Source of the DNA: Rozella allomycis CSF55
Lineage: Eukaryota
Direction: 5' to 3'
Length of the DNA stretch: 64,000 bases
NCBI GenBank assembly: GCA_000442015.1
Contig: KE560678.1
Coordinates: forward strand, 1-64,000
Within the stretch, counting starts at the first letter, position 1. Each line of letters opens with the position of its first letter. The position numbers and the translations under genes were made by a program. The notes below the pieces were generated by a model. That model did no database searches. It saw only the letters and a program-made list of their open reading frames with translations, and was not told where the DNA came from. Positions 38,702-51,653 of the stretch are shown piece by piece.

Positions 38702-40088
38702 TCAATAGTTTATTGCATATTTTATGGCTTCATAAACTCTGAACTTATCGGGCAAATAGACGTTCTCAAATATTAGAGGAAATGGTGTATCCCAACCGCA
38801 AACTCTTTGTACTGGCGCTTCCAATCTTAAAAAACATTGTTCTTGGATTCTAGCAGCTATTTCTGCCCCAAATCCATTGGTAACTGGGGCTTCATGTGAG
38901 ACAACAAGTCTACCAGTCTTATTGACAGACTAGCCATTAAGATTATGAAACCTTACTTTGACAACTGTTTCTTCATCCCAAGGCAAAATGGAACGTAAAT
39001 CAATAAGTTCACATGAAACACCTAACTTCTCCTCTGCTATTTTCACCGCCTTTTCAAGAACATAAATTTGTGAACCATATCCAACAATAGTGATATCTTT
39101 TCCTTTTGTCAGAAAGATTGAATATTTTTACCTTCCTTCAAAACTTCAGCCTTGCCGATAGGGATCGTGAAGTCATCTTTTGGGACAAATTCAACTGTAA
39201 TAATTAATGCTTTACACTTATTACCCGCCGATCTATATAGCATTTTTGGTTCAAATACTAAAACTGGATTTGGATCACGTATGGCTGACAGTAATAATCC
39301 TTTAGCTTGTATTGGAGAACGCGGCATTACAATTTTCAGTCCCGGTGTGTGTGAAAAGTAAGCTTCGGGGCTTTGAGAATGATAGTGACCACCATGGCCC
39401 ACCCTTGCATTATATGTATATTTTCGTGTTTACGCTGAGCATGGAGCCCTTATTGTTAACCCTCCAACATTAAACATATTTCCTGATCGATAACGATATT
39501 TCGCAGCCTCATTTACGATCATTATTTGTAGTAAATGTTCATTACTTGATCAAATGCAGGGAATATGTAGTCCGCGAATTGAACTTCCGCTATGGCAGTC
39601 GATCCTACAGCAGCCATTCCTATTCCAAAACCCACAAGACCTTGCTCAGTGAGTGGCGAATTAAACACACGGTTCGAACCTATTTTAATTTTTAGCACTT
39701 TTTACCAAATTTATCCTTCAAATTGACAGAGCAACGAAAGACACCGCCAAATGCTACATCTTCTCCAAACACCACTTTTATACTTAACTTCTCGAATTTA
39801 CCTGCTTTTGAGTCTTTCTCAAGTGCTATTATCATTGCTTCATTGATTGCTTGGCACATATTGATTTTAGAAGAATTTCCAATAGTTATAGGCGAATATT
39901 TTTACTGCTTAGATTCTGGGATTTTAAATCAAAGTGTTCCGAAAGATCTACCTCTGATTGACAAAGAAAATTGGTTTGCAAATTATGAAGTTGCGTAGAT
40001 GCATGAAACTTTATATTCAAGAAGTTATTTGAATTACACGTCTCACATTAATGATTGATACCCTTAATCGGTTTAATGCTTTAATCAT
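38702..40088 (-). CDS. BCKDHB: Branched-chain alpha-keto acid dehydrogenase E1 beta subunit, 10 exons
   Basis: Arg-rich presequence, [76 protein letters not shown]. Confidence 0.96.
39520..39545 (-). other. Non-canonical GT-TG intron (26 nt) in BCKDHB
   Basis: PAFDQ|IVNEAAK restored exactly by removing gtaatgaacatttactacaaataatg. Confidence 0.85.
39880..39905 (-). other. Non-canonical GT-TG intron (26 nt) in BCKDHB
   Basis: gtaaaaatattcgcctataactattg; removal links the presequence frame to [12 protein letters not shown]. Confidence 0.65.
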
Positions 40089-40176
40089 AGTACAGATTTG
40101 AGGATCGGTTTTTGTAAAATTCTCATTTGCAATTAAATAATCAGAAAATGACAAAGCGCGGTCCGGACATATTTAT

Positions 40177-40815
40177 TCAAGAAAATTTGACTCCAGTTTC
40201 ATCATCATTTAAGCCGACTATTAACTGACATTTACCTTGTCTTTCCAATATTTTTAAGGCCCTTTTCATTGATTTTGTTGGGACACCGTGAAATTCTAAT
40301 CTAATTATGTTGATGTGTGATAACCTTCAACTTCAGTAAGATTTCCATGGCACAGCTCGTAAACCGTAAACACAGAATTTCTTAAGCCATTGGAATCGAC
40401 CTTCATACGTTAATTTTGTTTCTTTTACCCAATTAAAGATCATCAAGGATAATTCAGAAAGGCTTCTTCTATATAGAATGCATGAATTTTTTTCATCAGT
40501 TTCCCACTCTCCTCTCTCTAACTTAACCTGTTCATTTAATATTTCTCGAAGAAAATCAATTGAGAGTCGTCCTATTTGTCGCACAGAAATTAATATATAC
40601 TCTTTATGTTTCTATTATTGAATAAAGGCGAAGATAATTCTTCTTGAATATTAATAACGAAAGTCGATTTAGCTCGACAATGGGTCAGGATAATTTCATA
40701 CCATTGCGAAATCTGTGCCTTCAAAGTTTCTTGATGAACCTGGGGCCTTCTTCGCTCTTAAAGGAATCACTTACGTATAAAAAGGGGGAAATGAATGAAT
40801 AGCTGGAAATTCCAT
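40177..40815 (-). CDS. VPS25: ESCRT-II subunit Vps25, 5 exons
   Basis: MEFPAIHSFPPFYT, LFNNRNIKRRLS, VFTVYELCHG, EFHG, GVKFS C-terminus. Confidence 0.9.
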
Positions 40816-40869
40816 TTTTTGGGAGGCTGAATTTGAGACCTGAGTAAACTCCTCAAGGATTAAAAATTA

Positions 40870-41628
40870 ATGGATACTTTGATTTGTTCCCTATTTGGGC
40901 TTGCTACGGAAGAAACTATTGACGATTTAAAGAATTGTCTATACTATTTATGTGGTGACCAAACAGTTGTTTACGAAGAAGTTCATGTATTTGAGCCTTC
41001 TAAAGAATATAATGAGACATTTTGTAAGTGGCCTCACTTTCATATTCTTAGTCACCAAAAACGAATCTGGGCGCTTAGATAGGATTCAGTATAGAATAGT
41101 CAAAAATCTCAAAGATTACTCAACTTATTTATTTCACTATGCGAATCCAGAAATATCGTCGTCTAGAAAGGTTCTCGTTCGTCCCGTTATCAAAAGTAAA
41201 GTGGAAAACTTTACCAATGATTTCTTTTTGCATCTAGGGTTCAAGTATATTTTTACGTCCCGTAAATACTAGAAAAGCATTTAATTATCTAAAAACGGGT
41301 ATCAAATTTGAATGGAATAATGTGGCAACAGTTGAAATATTTCAAATTCTTAAAGTAAGGCTGATAAGCATCCGCAAAAAGGATACAATTCATAATGAAA
41401 ATAATCAAATGGTTGATAATGAAATACCTAATGAATATATTGTTGAAATTCACTCGAATTTAGTTACACAAGACACAATACCTTCTGTCGAAGTAGCATT
41501 GCATAGTTTATCGTCAAATTTATCCAAGTAATCAACATCTTAATGATAAAAGTTTCAGAAAGATAAAATTTCATAGGATCGACCCAAGATTAATGACCAT
41601 CAAGCCAATCAACAAAAGTGCGATTTAA
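40870..41628 (+). CDS. MED18: Mediator subunit Med18/Srb5-like, 5 exons
   Basis: CSLFG...LCG...YEEVHVF, RKVLVRPV, FFLHLGFK, VEIFQI pattern; family call from motif recall. Confidence 0.6.
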
Positions 41629-41744
41629 TAAATTTCTTGAAAATGTAAGGTTAAAATTAGTTTTGAGTTAATTTCACATGATTAAGCTGCTCTGAAACAA
41701 GTTTTGATTATCTATACTTGGTGGCCTTGGATACTTTTTTTAAA

Positions 41745-43838
41745 ATGTTACAAACTAAGGAAAAGCAAACAAAGCTAACTGATTCTAGAAGAATTTCATT
41801 GGCAAGGACGACATCAGTTTTGCATCGTCACGAAAATGCGACTCTTGCGGCTTCATTACCGATGATTCCACTAGAATTAAATATTAAACTTGACAAGTTC
41901 GACGAGAAGCACGGGCAATTTGTTGATAAGCTAATAGATCTTTCGCGAGGAATGTACGTTCTTGATATTGAGGCCATTGATCTTGGATCGTTGAGATCAA
42001 TGATTGTAGATGTAGCATTAAAAGAGAAATATATCCATATGAAGAAACACCTTCTTGGTAAATAGTCTATTCTCCGTTTTTAGACTCTTTGCAGTTTTCA
42101 ACAATGTTGCTAAAGCAAATTGCAGACGAACGTGCTGAGAATAAATCTAAATCATGTAAATGGTATCCTTTTTTATGTTTTAGTGTGCATGCTAGATCTA
42201 CAAGATGAAATCGCAAAGTTGAAAAGAGAAATTTTGTGCGGAGATGTTTTGCAAAGTAGAATGTAAAGTGATGAAATTTATTAGGTTTAGAGATAACCTG
42301 GAAATGATGCTACAAGATGAAGTGAGAAAAAAATGCTCTTTAGAAAATGAACTGACAAAGATTAAAGACTCCTTTGACAGGCTTCAACTACGTTACAGAG
42401 AAAGTAGAAAGAAAGCGCAATCTAAGGAGCAAAAACCTGTCAGCCAAGCACCTCCAACTCAAGAAATAAAGACAATTGACTACGAAGCGTTGTTACGCGA
42501 AAAAGATGAATTGATAGACAAAATGGCCGAAAATATCAAGAATATGGAGTGTGAAATAGATGAATGGAAAGTAATTGGAATAAAGGCACAACGAAAATCC
42601 GAGGAAATTGAAAAGAAGAGAGCGTATAATAATACTTTATAATTTACATTTTAGTCAATTACTACAGGAAGTTTCTAATTTGCAAGCAACAGAGCGCATG
42701 ATTACTGATAAGAATGAAAATCTTACAAGAAAGCTAAAGTATATTACAGAATTTCAGTAAACAGGGATACTACAGAGAAGCTCCAACAATTTACCGAGCT
42801 TTACAATGCAAATAAGCAAACAGATCAACAGAGGAAATCTGATATTGATGAGCTGAATGGGAAAATTGAAGGATTACAAAAGCAGTTGGAAACATTGACA
42901 GTATTAATGATTTTCCAGTTTTGATTTTTAGAGGCAAAGAAAACAACTCCAAACAGAATTTTCGGCAACAGTAAAACAAAAACAAGAATTATTTGGAAAA
43001 TGCAGGTCACTGGAAGTAGTCATCAATTCTAAAAATGAAGAAATTGAAAACATCCGTGGAAAATTATCAGATACTATAAAAGACTACGAAACCAAGCTAG
43101 AGAGATGCGAGGAGAGGATTTATAGTCTCACGGAAAAGTTAAATGATGGTAACTGCGTTACAGTAATTGTATATTTAGCGGAAACGAGAAAGATGAAAGA
43201 ACCAGTTTTTGATCCATCGGCCTTGACTGAAATGGAGAACAAATTCAAATGTACATTATTTTTTTTAGAATGTTTTAGCGAAAGAGGCAGAGTATGAGTC
43301 AGAAATAGTCAGATATTCTAAATTGTTAAAGGAAAAAGACCACATAATACTCGGTAACTTGTTATTTATATCTATTAAAGACCTAAATACCAAAAACGAC
43401 GATCTTCGTCAACAGCAATTCGCTCCGAGAATGGAGAAGCTGAAAAATATTGAAAAGGACATTAAAGGAAAAATTGAAGATTATGCAATTGCAGAAGAAT
43501 TATTGGAAGTAATTACAACATGCTTAATCAATTCAGCTACAATTACTATGCCCTCGATGCGTTCAACCACTAAAAACGCCATTTACTTTTGCCCCATGTG
43601 GTCACTCGTATTGTCATGAATGTTTAAATTGGACGATAGAGGAAAATTATGGTAAAAATTTCTGCTCGGTAAATATTGCTGGTCTCTTTAAACATAGGAA
43701 TGCGATGAAAATCAAATCAAGCAAACAGAGGCCTATTGCAATGAAAAGCTTCAAGCTATCGTAGAACAATTTCTTTCTAGGAAACAATCGACAAAAGAAT
43801 TTTTGACGTGGATTGCTAACTTGCAAATGCCTGAATAA
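41745..43838 (+). CDS. Coiled-coil protein with C-terminal RING finger, many micro-introns
   Basis: Coiled-coil exons; CPRC...PCGHSYCHEC...CSEC RING after removing 28- and 29-nt introns. Confidence 0.75.
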
Positions 43839-43910
43839 TATGATGAAATAAATTTTAGAATCCCAATTTTGTCTTTCTTTTTTTTTAAAAAAAGAAACAA
43901 CAAAATTTAA

Positions 43911-44666
<756 letters not shown>

Positions 44667-44682
44667 AGATAATAAAGCCAAT

Positions 44683-45372
44683 TTATTGTCTTAGAACTCT
44701 CCTTCTATAATTTGTCATCCACCAAGATATTTGTTTCCTAGTTAATCCAGTAATAGCGGCTATTCGATCTTTCTCTGCATCATTGGCATAAGGATGCTTG
44801 ACATTTTCTTTCATCCACGCTTTTAAAAGTTGGGTTGCCTCTCTTGGAATTCGAAAGCCAGTTTGACGTTTTCCATAAAACTCTCTTTTCAAATCCTTTT
44901 TAGGTTCAATATTTAAATCCTCGCATGAATAATCAGTGCTTGATACACTATTAGAAGATGGAGGCTCTTTATGGCACTCATCCGAATCAGAACTGAACAG
45001 AGTTCTTGTCAAAAACTCATTTGCTTCGGATTTTGACTCATCATTCTCATCATCTATAGTAAGATATTCATCAAAAATGTATTGTTCTATTTGCTTTGCC
45101 TTTTCATCATTTTTATTCTTGTAACATCTTAGTTCTTTCTGCAAAGCATCCAGGTATTTAGAATATATTTGTCTCTCATTTGGACGCGCGAAATTGACCA
45201 CTGTTTCAGAAAAAAGGGTGATGAAAGCATTTGTAGAGTGGAAAGCTAAATCCTTACAGTCTACAACTAGACCGAAAGATATTTGATGTCTTATTTGTTC
45301 AAGGAAGTGTAACTGGTGTTTGAGAAACCTTGCTCGTTCCAAATGATAGGATGATGTTTCTGTCACTGTCAT
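44683..45372 (-). CDS. TALE-class homeodomain transcription factor
   Basis: LLKAWMKENVKHPYANDAEKDRIAAITGLTRKQISWWMTNYRRR at the C-terminus. Confidence 0.85.
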   Translation of the reverse strand: MTVTETSSYHLERARFLKHQLHFLEQIRHQISFGLVVDCKDLAFHSTNAFITLFSETVVNFARPNERQIYSKYLDALQKELRCYKNKNDEKAKQIEQYIFDEYLTIDDENDESKSEANEFLTRTLFSSDSDECHKEPPSSNSVSSTDYSCEDLNIEPKKDLKREFYGKRQTGFRIPREATQLLKAWMKENVKHPYANDAEKDRIAAITGLTRKQISWWMTNYRRRVLRQ

Positions 45373-45481
45373 TCACTACCCATGCTTAGCATTTTTCTCG
45401 CTTTTATCGTTAGGGTGTCATTTGCGTGTCAATCAAATTTACCAGGGTCGCAACTTTAAGTTATGATGATTAATCTATTCT

Positions 45482-47184
45482 TTATTTATGATTAATTTTT
45501 TTAAAAATATCATCAAGTTTATCAATGTCGTCTTGATCAGAAAAACTTAGTTTTTTAATATCTTCCACCATTGATTGTAAAGAGGAAATATCGCTTATTT
45601 GGCTGGTGGGAGAGAAAAGAGATGAAGGAATAGAAAGACCAGTTAATACTGAAGATGGTATAGACGGAATAGACGATGAGTTTGATTCACCTTTGGAAGG
45701 CGTAATAAATGGGTTTGACGCTAAGCTGATTGAAGATATAGAAGAGAGAAACGAAGGGGTATTTTCATAATTTGGGTTGTTTGAATTATTTGAATTTGAG
45801 TTATTAGAATGATGATCCTCAGGGAGTTCATTCAAAGAAGGCTTGATTTGGTGCGAATCGTCAGAAATGGAATCTGAGATGTTCTGTTCATTAAAATTCT
45901 CTGTAGAGATCATGTTTTCTAAATATTTGGCTTTGGTTTGAAATTCATCATCATTCTTGTGTTGTTTAAATGGCGACTGTTGCTTAGAAGGCACCGGTGG
46001 TTTAAGGGGCTTGGGTTCTTGATCTATATCAATTTTCACTCTATTAGGAATTTTTAAATTGATAATCTTTTCATCTTCATTCAAGTTGGCATCATTTGTG
46101 GCTTTTGAAATTTGAAACTTCCAGGGTTTATTGGATCGTGCATGGGGATCATCTGGGTGTTTAGCTTTTAAGATCTTTTTACGTGTTTACCTGGATAAAC
46201 AAAAGTTTTTTCAAATTCTTCGGACAATTTGGCTTGCTTTTGCTCAGAATTTTGAGCACTTAATGTTTGACCGTCATTGTATTCTATTGCAGGATTCTTT
46301 TGCTTTCTAATAAGGTCTTTGTGCAACAAATTATCTAATCCATTTAATAATTCACCCGTTTCTTTTTCTATTCTACATTTTTCCAAAGCTGCTTCAAATC
46401 TCTTCTTTTCTTTCTTTTCGGATTCTATTTTCATATTCCATTTTTTATTTTTCAAAGCATCTTGTTTAACAGCTAAAACATTCGCATTTTCTATCGCACT
46501 TGGTTGTTTCACGACTGAGGATTGAGAAAAAGTGGCAGCACATCCTCGGTGATAAAAGGTAGAATCATATCTTATGGATTTAAAATCTTTGCTTCTATTA
46601 ATGAAAAGCATCTTATTCAAATTATTTTGTGGTGGAATTGAATCTTGTACAATCAATGAATCGATAGGAAGCGATGGCATGTGATTCTGCCTAACATTCT
46701 CACTGTATTCCTTTATTTTTTCCAATGTTTTCTTTTTCAATTCTTGTTTCAAAAAGATCTCTTCAGATTGTTGTTTTTGCTATTTGAATTATTTTGAATT
46801 TGCTACTAGTTCTAAGGATCTTTCAAATCTTTTCAGTTGAACATTTCTTTCTTGTAACAATTTATTCTTTAATTCTCTTATTTTCTCCTTTTGGCGTTCG
46901 TTCAATCTGGTTGCCCTTCTTTCAGCCTCACCTATTGCCTTTAAAGTCTCGGAATAAATAGAGGAAATATTTTGATATTTTTCTCTCATTTCCGCTTCCC
47001 ATCTTTCCTATATATTAAGGTGTATACATGATCCTACTTTTGCTAGTAAATATGCTCTCTCCCATAATTCTCTCGATTTATGCTGAAATCTATCATTTTT
47101 GTCCCTAGATATTTGCTTTTCTATTGCTCTTATCTAGGTACGTTAAAGATAACATATTACGTGTTTCAATCTCGAGGAATCCAT
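45482..47184 (-). CDS. Coiled-coil protein with Ser-rich tail; N-terminus resembles CEP295/Ana1 (tentative), 5 exons
   Basis: RLKHIRAIEKQI...ERWEAEM...YSETLKAIGEAERRA; 26-30 nt introns link ORFs 46789-46989, 46168-46752 and 45482-46084. Confidence 0.55.
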
Positions 47185-47263
47185 ACAGAATAATAAATTT
47201 CCAAGATATACAAAAACTAAAAATGATATTATGATTATATGATTCTAAATTTATTGTTAAATA

Positions 47264-47567
47264 CTAACCAAGAATCATTAAATAGACTATTACAATTGAG
47301 TTTACAAAAATTAGCGGAACTGTAAATATACAAAAATTATAGTTTACTTCGCAATATTGTACGAGCGGCATATAAAAAATTTACAAGCTGTCGTCTCAGA
47401 GTGCTGTTTTCAGAATAAGTTTGATAAGCATCCATTTGTCGTCCTAAACCCACTAGTCTTTGACAAGAAAACTCGGTACCTCGAATGAGAAACCTTTCTT
47501 CATTTAATACAGCCACAGCATTTAGCAACAACAAACTGAATAAAAGTATGGAGCCTATTCCAAACAT
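47264..47567 (-). CDS. YOS1: Yos1/IER3IP1 ER-Golgi transport protein, 3 exons
   Basis: LLLLNAVAVLNEERFL, RTILRIPLIFVNSIVIVYLMILG. Confidence 0.92.
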
Positions 47568-47705
47568 TTGTGAAATTTCGCTGTCGTACTTTCGCATAAA
47601 ATGCCAAAAATATTAAAGATGTAATAAATTTTGAAATCCACGCATTGTTTTAAATCGGTTTTTTGTTTTCACAATTTTGTTATCACGAAAAAGGAAATTT
47701 GTGAA

Positions 47706-48698
47706 ATGAATGTCCTGTCCAGATATCGAATTGCCCTCTTTTCCCAACATTGTCAATTAAAAAATATAAATAGGAGTTATTCTTGGTGGTCATATTTAAA
47801 AGGAAAAAAGATTACCGAAAACCAGAATCAACAACAAGTTGAAATTGCAGAACCATTGACAGTTGAAATACAAGATAAATCATCTCCACTTAATAATATT
47901 GAGACTAAGGAAGAGAATATTCTTGATGCTAAAGGAAGCGATCAAGAAGTGATTCAAAAATTGGACAGTGGCAATGAAGGGGTCCAAAGCGATTATCGCC
48001 AAGTTCCAGTTTATAATATTAAGAATGTTCCTGAGATATTTCAAAAATATACTTTGTTCATTAAACTGTTGGCAGAACAGCAAGCTAAAGAAATGACACA
48101 GGAATCTATTAGAAAAGTTAGTGTTTGTAGGTAATGAAAATTTCATTCTATAGTTAGGCACGATCCACCCCTTATTTTTCACGAATTGAATCATATGTAT
48201 AATAAGTATGAGAACTTTGAACCAATTGATCCTGTTGACATCATTGTGCCAGAAACTGAAGTAATTACCAAATATTATAAATTCTAGTTTGAAGTCATAT
48301 CTAAAATATTTGATCATAGCTGGAAAAAGACGGCTATATTCAGCAGAGTTCTTTTTGGATTGACTTTAAATGAAGCTGAAATTCAATGTCAATTCCAAAA
48401 GAAAAAAGCCGCGACGCTACTTAAAATACCGATTAGTGTTTGTATTAGAAAATGTATTCAAAAAGGATGGGATCCATCTGTCGCAACAATTAGTCACATT
48501 GTTACGAATAAGAAGCACGTGAAAAAGAGCGTAATAAAGCGCGCAAAAGGACGCTATAACCTCATCAGAGCCAGATTTTGTCAGGTTCGAATTTACGTCA
48601 CAAAACAAAAAGTCCTTAAAATTCGCCATGCGGGCTGGGATGAAGTGGTTCCGAAATTGGACAAACCTATTTACAACAAAAGACTTGAATACTATTAA
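47706..48698 (+). CDS. MRPL22: Mitochondrial ribosomal protein uL22m-like, 2 exons
   Basis: Presequence-like N-terminus; SWKKT...LNEAEIQCQFQKKKAA...KRAKGRYNLIRARFCQVRIYV. Confidence 0.7.
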
Positions 48699-48772
48699 AT
48701 TTATTTTAAACACATTATTCTTTTAATATTTTACCTTAATTCTTCAATCGACATTATAACCCTGGCTCAAAA

Positions 48773-49641
48773 ATGGCAAGAAACAGAGAAAAGGCCAAAT
48801 CAATGTTCTATCGTTTCCATGTTGGGAATTTAGTAGAGCAAGGTTTGGCTGCTGCACCATATCGACCTACTACGACAGAAGGCACATATGTTCCAGATCA
48901 TGCCAAAAAGTATCGACGGGAGATTATAAGAGAAATAGCTGAAAAAATAACCCGAATTCAAGATGGTAAATATTTCTTATGCATTATTATTAGAAAAGCT
49001 TACTGAATTTGAGGTCAGACAGCTAAATGACGAGATTAACAAATTATTCAGAGAGAAAGGTGCGTGGGAGTACAAAATTTTGGAACTTGGAGGAAAATTC
49101 AAAGTATTTCTATATTTCATATAGTATTAGGGTCATAGGCCGGATGAAGTTGAGGCCGCTTACCTTCCTGGAGACAGAACATATCGGTATTTTGGAAGAG
49201 CAAAAGAGCTTCCTGGAGTGAAAGAACTATTCGAAGCTCAGAAGCCCGTTGAATTTAGAAAGACGAGATTTGAAATGATAAAAGCGATAGATCCAGACTA
49301 TTTCGGATACCGAGACGAAGATGATGGCGTTTTGTTACACATTGAAAGCGAATTTGAAAAGAATGGTATTTAATACAACAAATGTTTAACTAGAACTTAT
49401 AGACGCATTTGAATTATGGAAGATGAAAACGGACGATGGATTTAGCGTTAAAAGCCGGGAAATCGAGGAGCAATTTGAAAAAGAGTTGAATGAAAAAATT
49501 AGTGCATGGAATTTCCCGCCATTAAACACCGAAGTATGTTTAACACACGACGTTCCAATACCCACACAAAAAGATGTTGAAGCCTATTTACTGGAACTTA
49601 AGAAACAAGAAATTCTGGAGAAATACACAAGCAAATCTTAA
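48773..49641 (+). CDS. ISY1: Pre-mRNA splicing factor Isy1, 4 exons
   Basis: MARNREKAKSMFYRF, RQLNDEINKLFREK, YRYFGRAKELPGVKELF, DYFGYRDEDDG, IPTQKDVE. Confidence 0.95.
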
Positions 49642-49701
49642 TGTAGAAATAAAACTTTTTTTATCAAGTTAAAAATTTTGATAGGATATTTTCGGTTTTT
49701 T

Positions 49702-51591
49702 ATGCTGATTTTGTATGCCACACAAACAGGGACTGCCCAATATGTCGCAGAGAGAATAGCGAAAGACGCATACAGAAAGGCTGTAGATTTTAGAATAAGG
49801 GGAATGGACGAGATAGATTACGTAAAAAAACCAGATTTGTTATCTTCTAGCTAGATTTACCAAATGAGAAGGTTATAATATTTGTGTGCTCAACTACTGG
49901 AGATGGCGAAGCTCCTGAACAAATGGTTAATCTATGGAAATTCCTGCTCAAACGTTCACTACCTGGAGATTTCTTGGCTGACGTTTCTTGCTCAGTTTTT
50001 GGTCTCGGGGATTCTTCATACGCAAAGTAGACAAATATTTATATTATATCTAGATTCAATTATCCAGCAAAAAAGCTATGGAAAAGGCTTATTCAGCTTG
50101 GCGCCAAAATGATTGGAGATAGAGGTGACGGTGACGACCAGCACCCACTTGGGTAATATTAACTTAATCGAATTAATTATAGGGTAGATGGTGCTTTTTT
50201 ACCTTGGATAAAATCAGTCTGGGAAGGTTTGCGTAACGTGTTACAGTGTGATGTCGACAAGCAAGAAATTACTTCGCTGCCATCAAAGTATAAATTTATT
50301 GAAAAAGAAGAATATAACACAGATATACTAAAGGATAATTCTGCTTTCGTTGTTAAAAATGAAAGAATTACAACTTTCGATCACTTTCAAGATATTCGTT
50401 TGATTACGCTTGACGGGGTATTTGATTACAACCCGGGAGATGTTGCTGCATTAAAGCCCCAGAATTTACCTGAATATGTTGAAAAGTTACTTACAAGACT
50501 TGATTGGCTAAAATATGCTGACACATCTTTTGAATTGACAATTAACAGACCTGACGGATCAAATCATTTTCATAGCAAATGCTGGACGTTAAGAAAACTT
50601 TTGACAGAGGAATTAGATTGTTATTCAATTCCAAGGAAATCGTTTTTTGAAATCTTGGCTCAATTCTCACACGATGAAATGTTTACCGAGAGATTAAATC
50701 ACTTTATATCTCCCGAAGGTTTAGTAAAATATACTAAATATCTTCATTAGGATGATTTCTTAGACTACAATCAAAGAATGAAAAAGACTGTTTTAGAAGT
50801 ACTCGAGGACTTTCCTGGTTTAAAATTCCCTTACGAATATGCTTTTGACGCGTTTCCGTTAATTAAGAGTCGATGTTTCTCCATATCAAGCTGCATTAAA
50901 AATAGAATAGAGTTGGTAGTGGGGATTGTAAATTACAAAACCAAAATGAAAGTCCCCAGAGAAGGATTGTGCACTCGATGGCTTGCAACTCTAACACGTA
51001 AAGGCAGTTAAATAAATTAACAAGAAAATACCAAAGTAAATTTAAGCATCAAGAAAGGGTCATTCACGTTCTCAAACGGAGTTTTACCAACGACTCCAAT
51101 TATACTTTGCTGTGCGGGAACCGGAATAGCCCCGATGAGGTCTTTGATTTACTACCTACTGATTCATCAAGATTTTAAACAAGAAATTTATCTCTTTTTC
51201 GGATGCAGAAATAAGAACAAAGACGACATATTCTATAAAGAATTCAATGAGTTATCAAATTCTTATCCGAATTTTACATACTTTTATGCATATTCAAGAG
51301 ATCAAGTAAATATTGTTCTTGACATTTAATAGCCAAACAAAGTTTACATTCAAAATATCCTGCTTCAGAATCAATCTTTGATTTGGTCTCTAATAAATCA
51401 CAAAAAAGCTTCCGTTTACATTTCTGGGTATAGAAAATGTTTTATTTTTAAATAGAAACACAAGCCTGCCAAAAGAAATTAAGAAATCTTTACTCGAGAT
51501 TTTCACAAACAACTTAAAAAATGATATTATCGCAAATCAACAAATAGAGCAGCTAATAAATGAAAGAAAGATTCAATGGGAAGCTTGGTAG
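49702..51591 (+). CDS. NDOR1: NADPH-dependent diflavin oxidoreductase (Tah18/NDOR1), 8 exons
   Basis: ILYATQTGTA, CSTTGDG, FGLGDSSY, GDGDDQHPLG, DHFQDIR, RCFSISS, CAGTGIAPMRS, FFGCR, YSRDQ, terminal EAW. Confidence 0.95.
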
Positions 51592-51653
51592 AAATAAAAA
51601 TAAAGATATAGGTTTATTAGCTGGCACCTCTGCTAAGCCCCTGTACCCTTGTC

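Noticed and set aside
42163-42183. GTATCCTTTT, a perfect U12-type donor, in the RING/coiled-coil gene
   Set aside because: It lies inside an ordinary 28-nt GT-AG intron (42156-42183); using it as donor frameshifts to a stop and no U12 branch motif follows.
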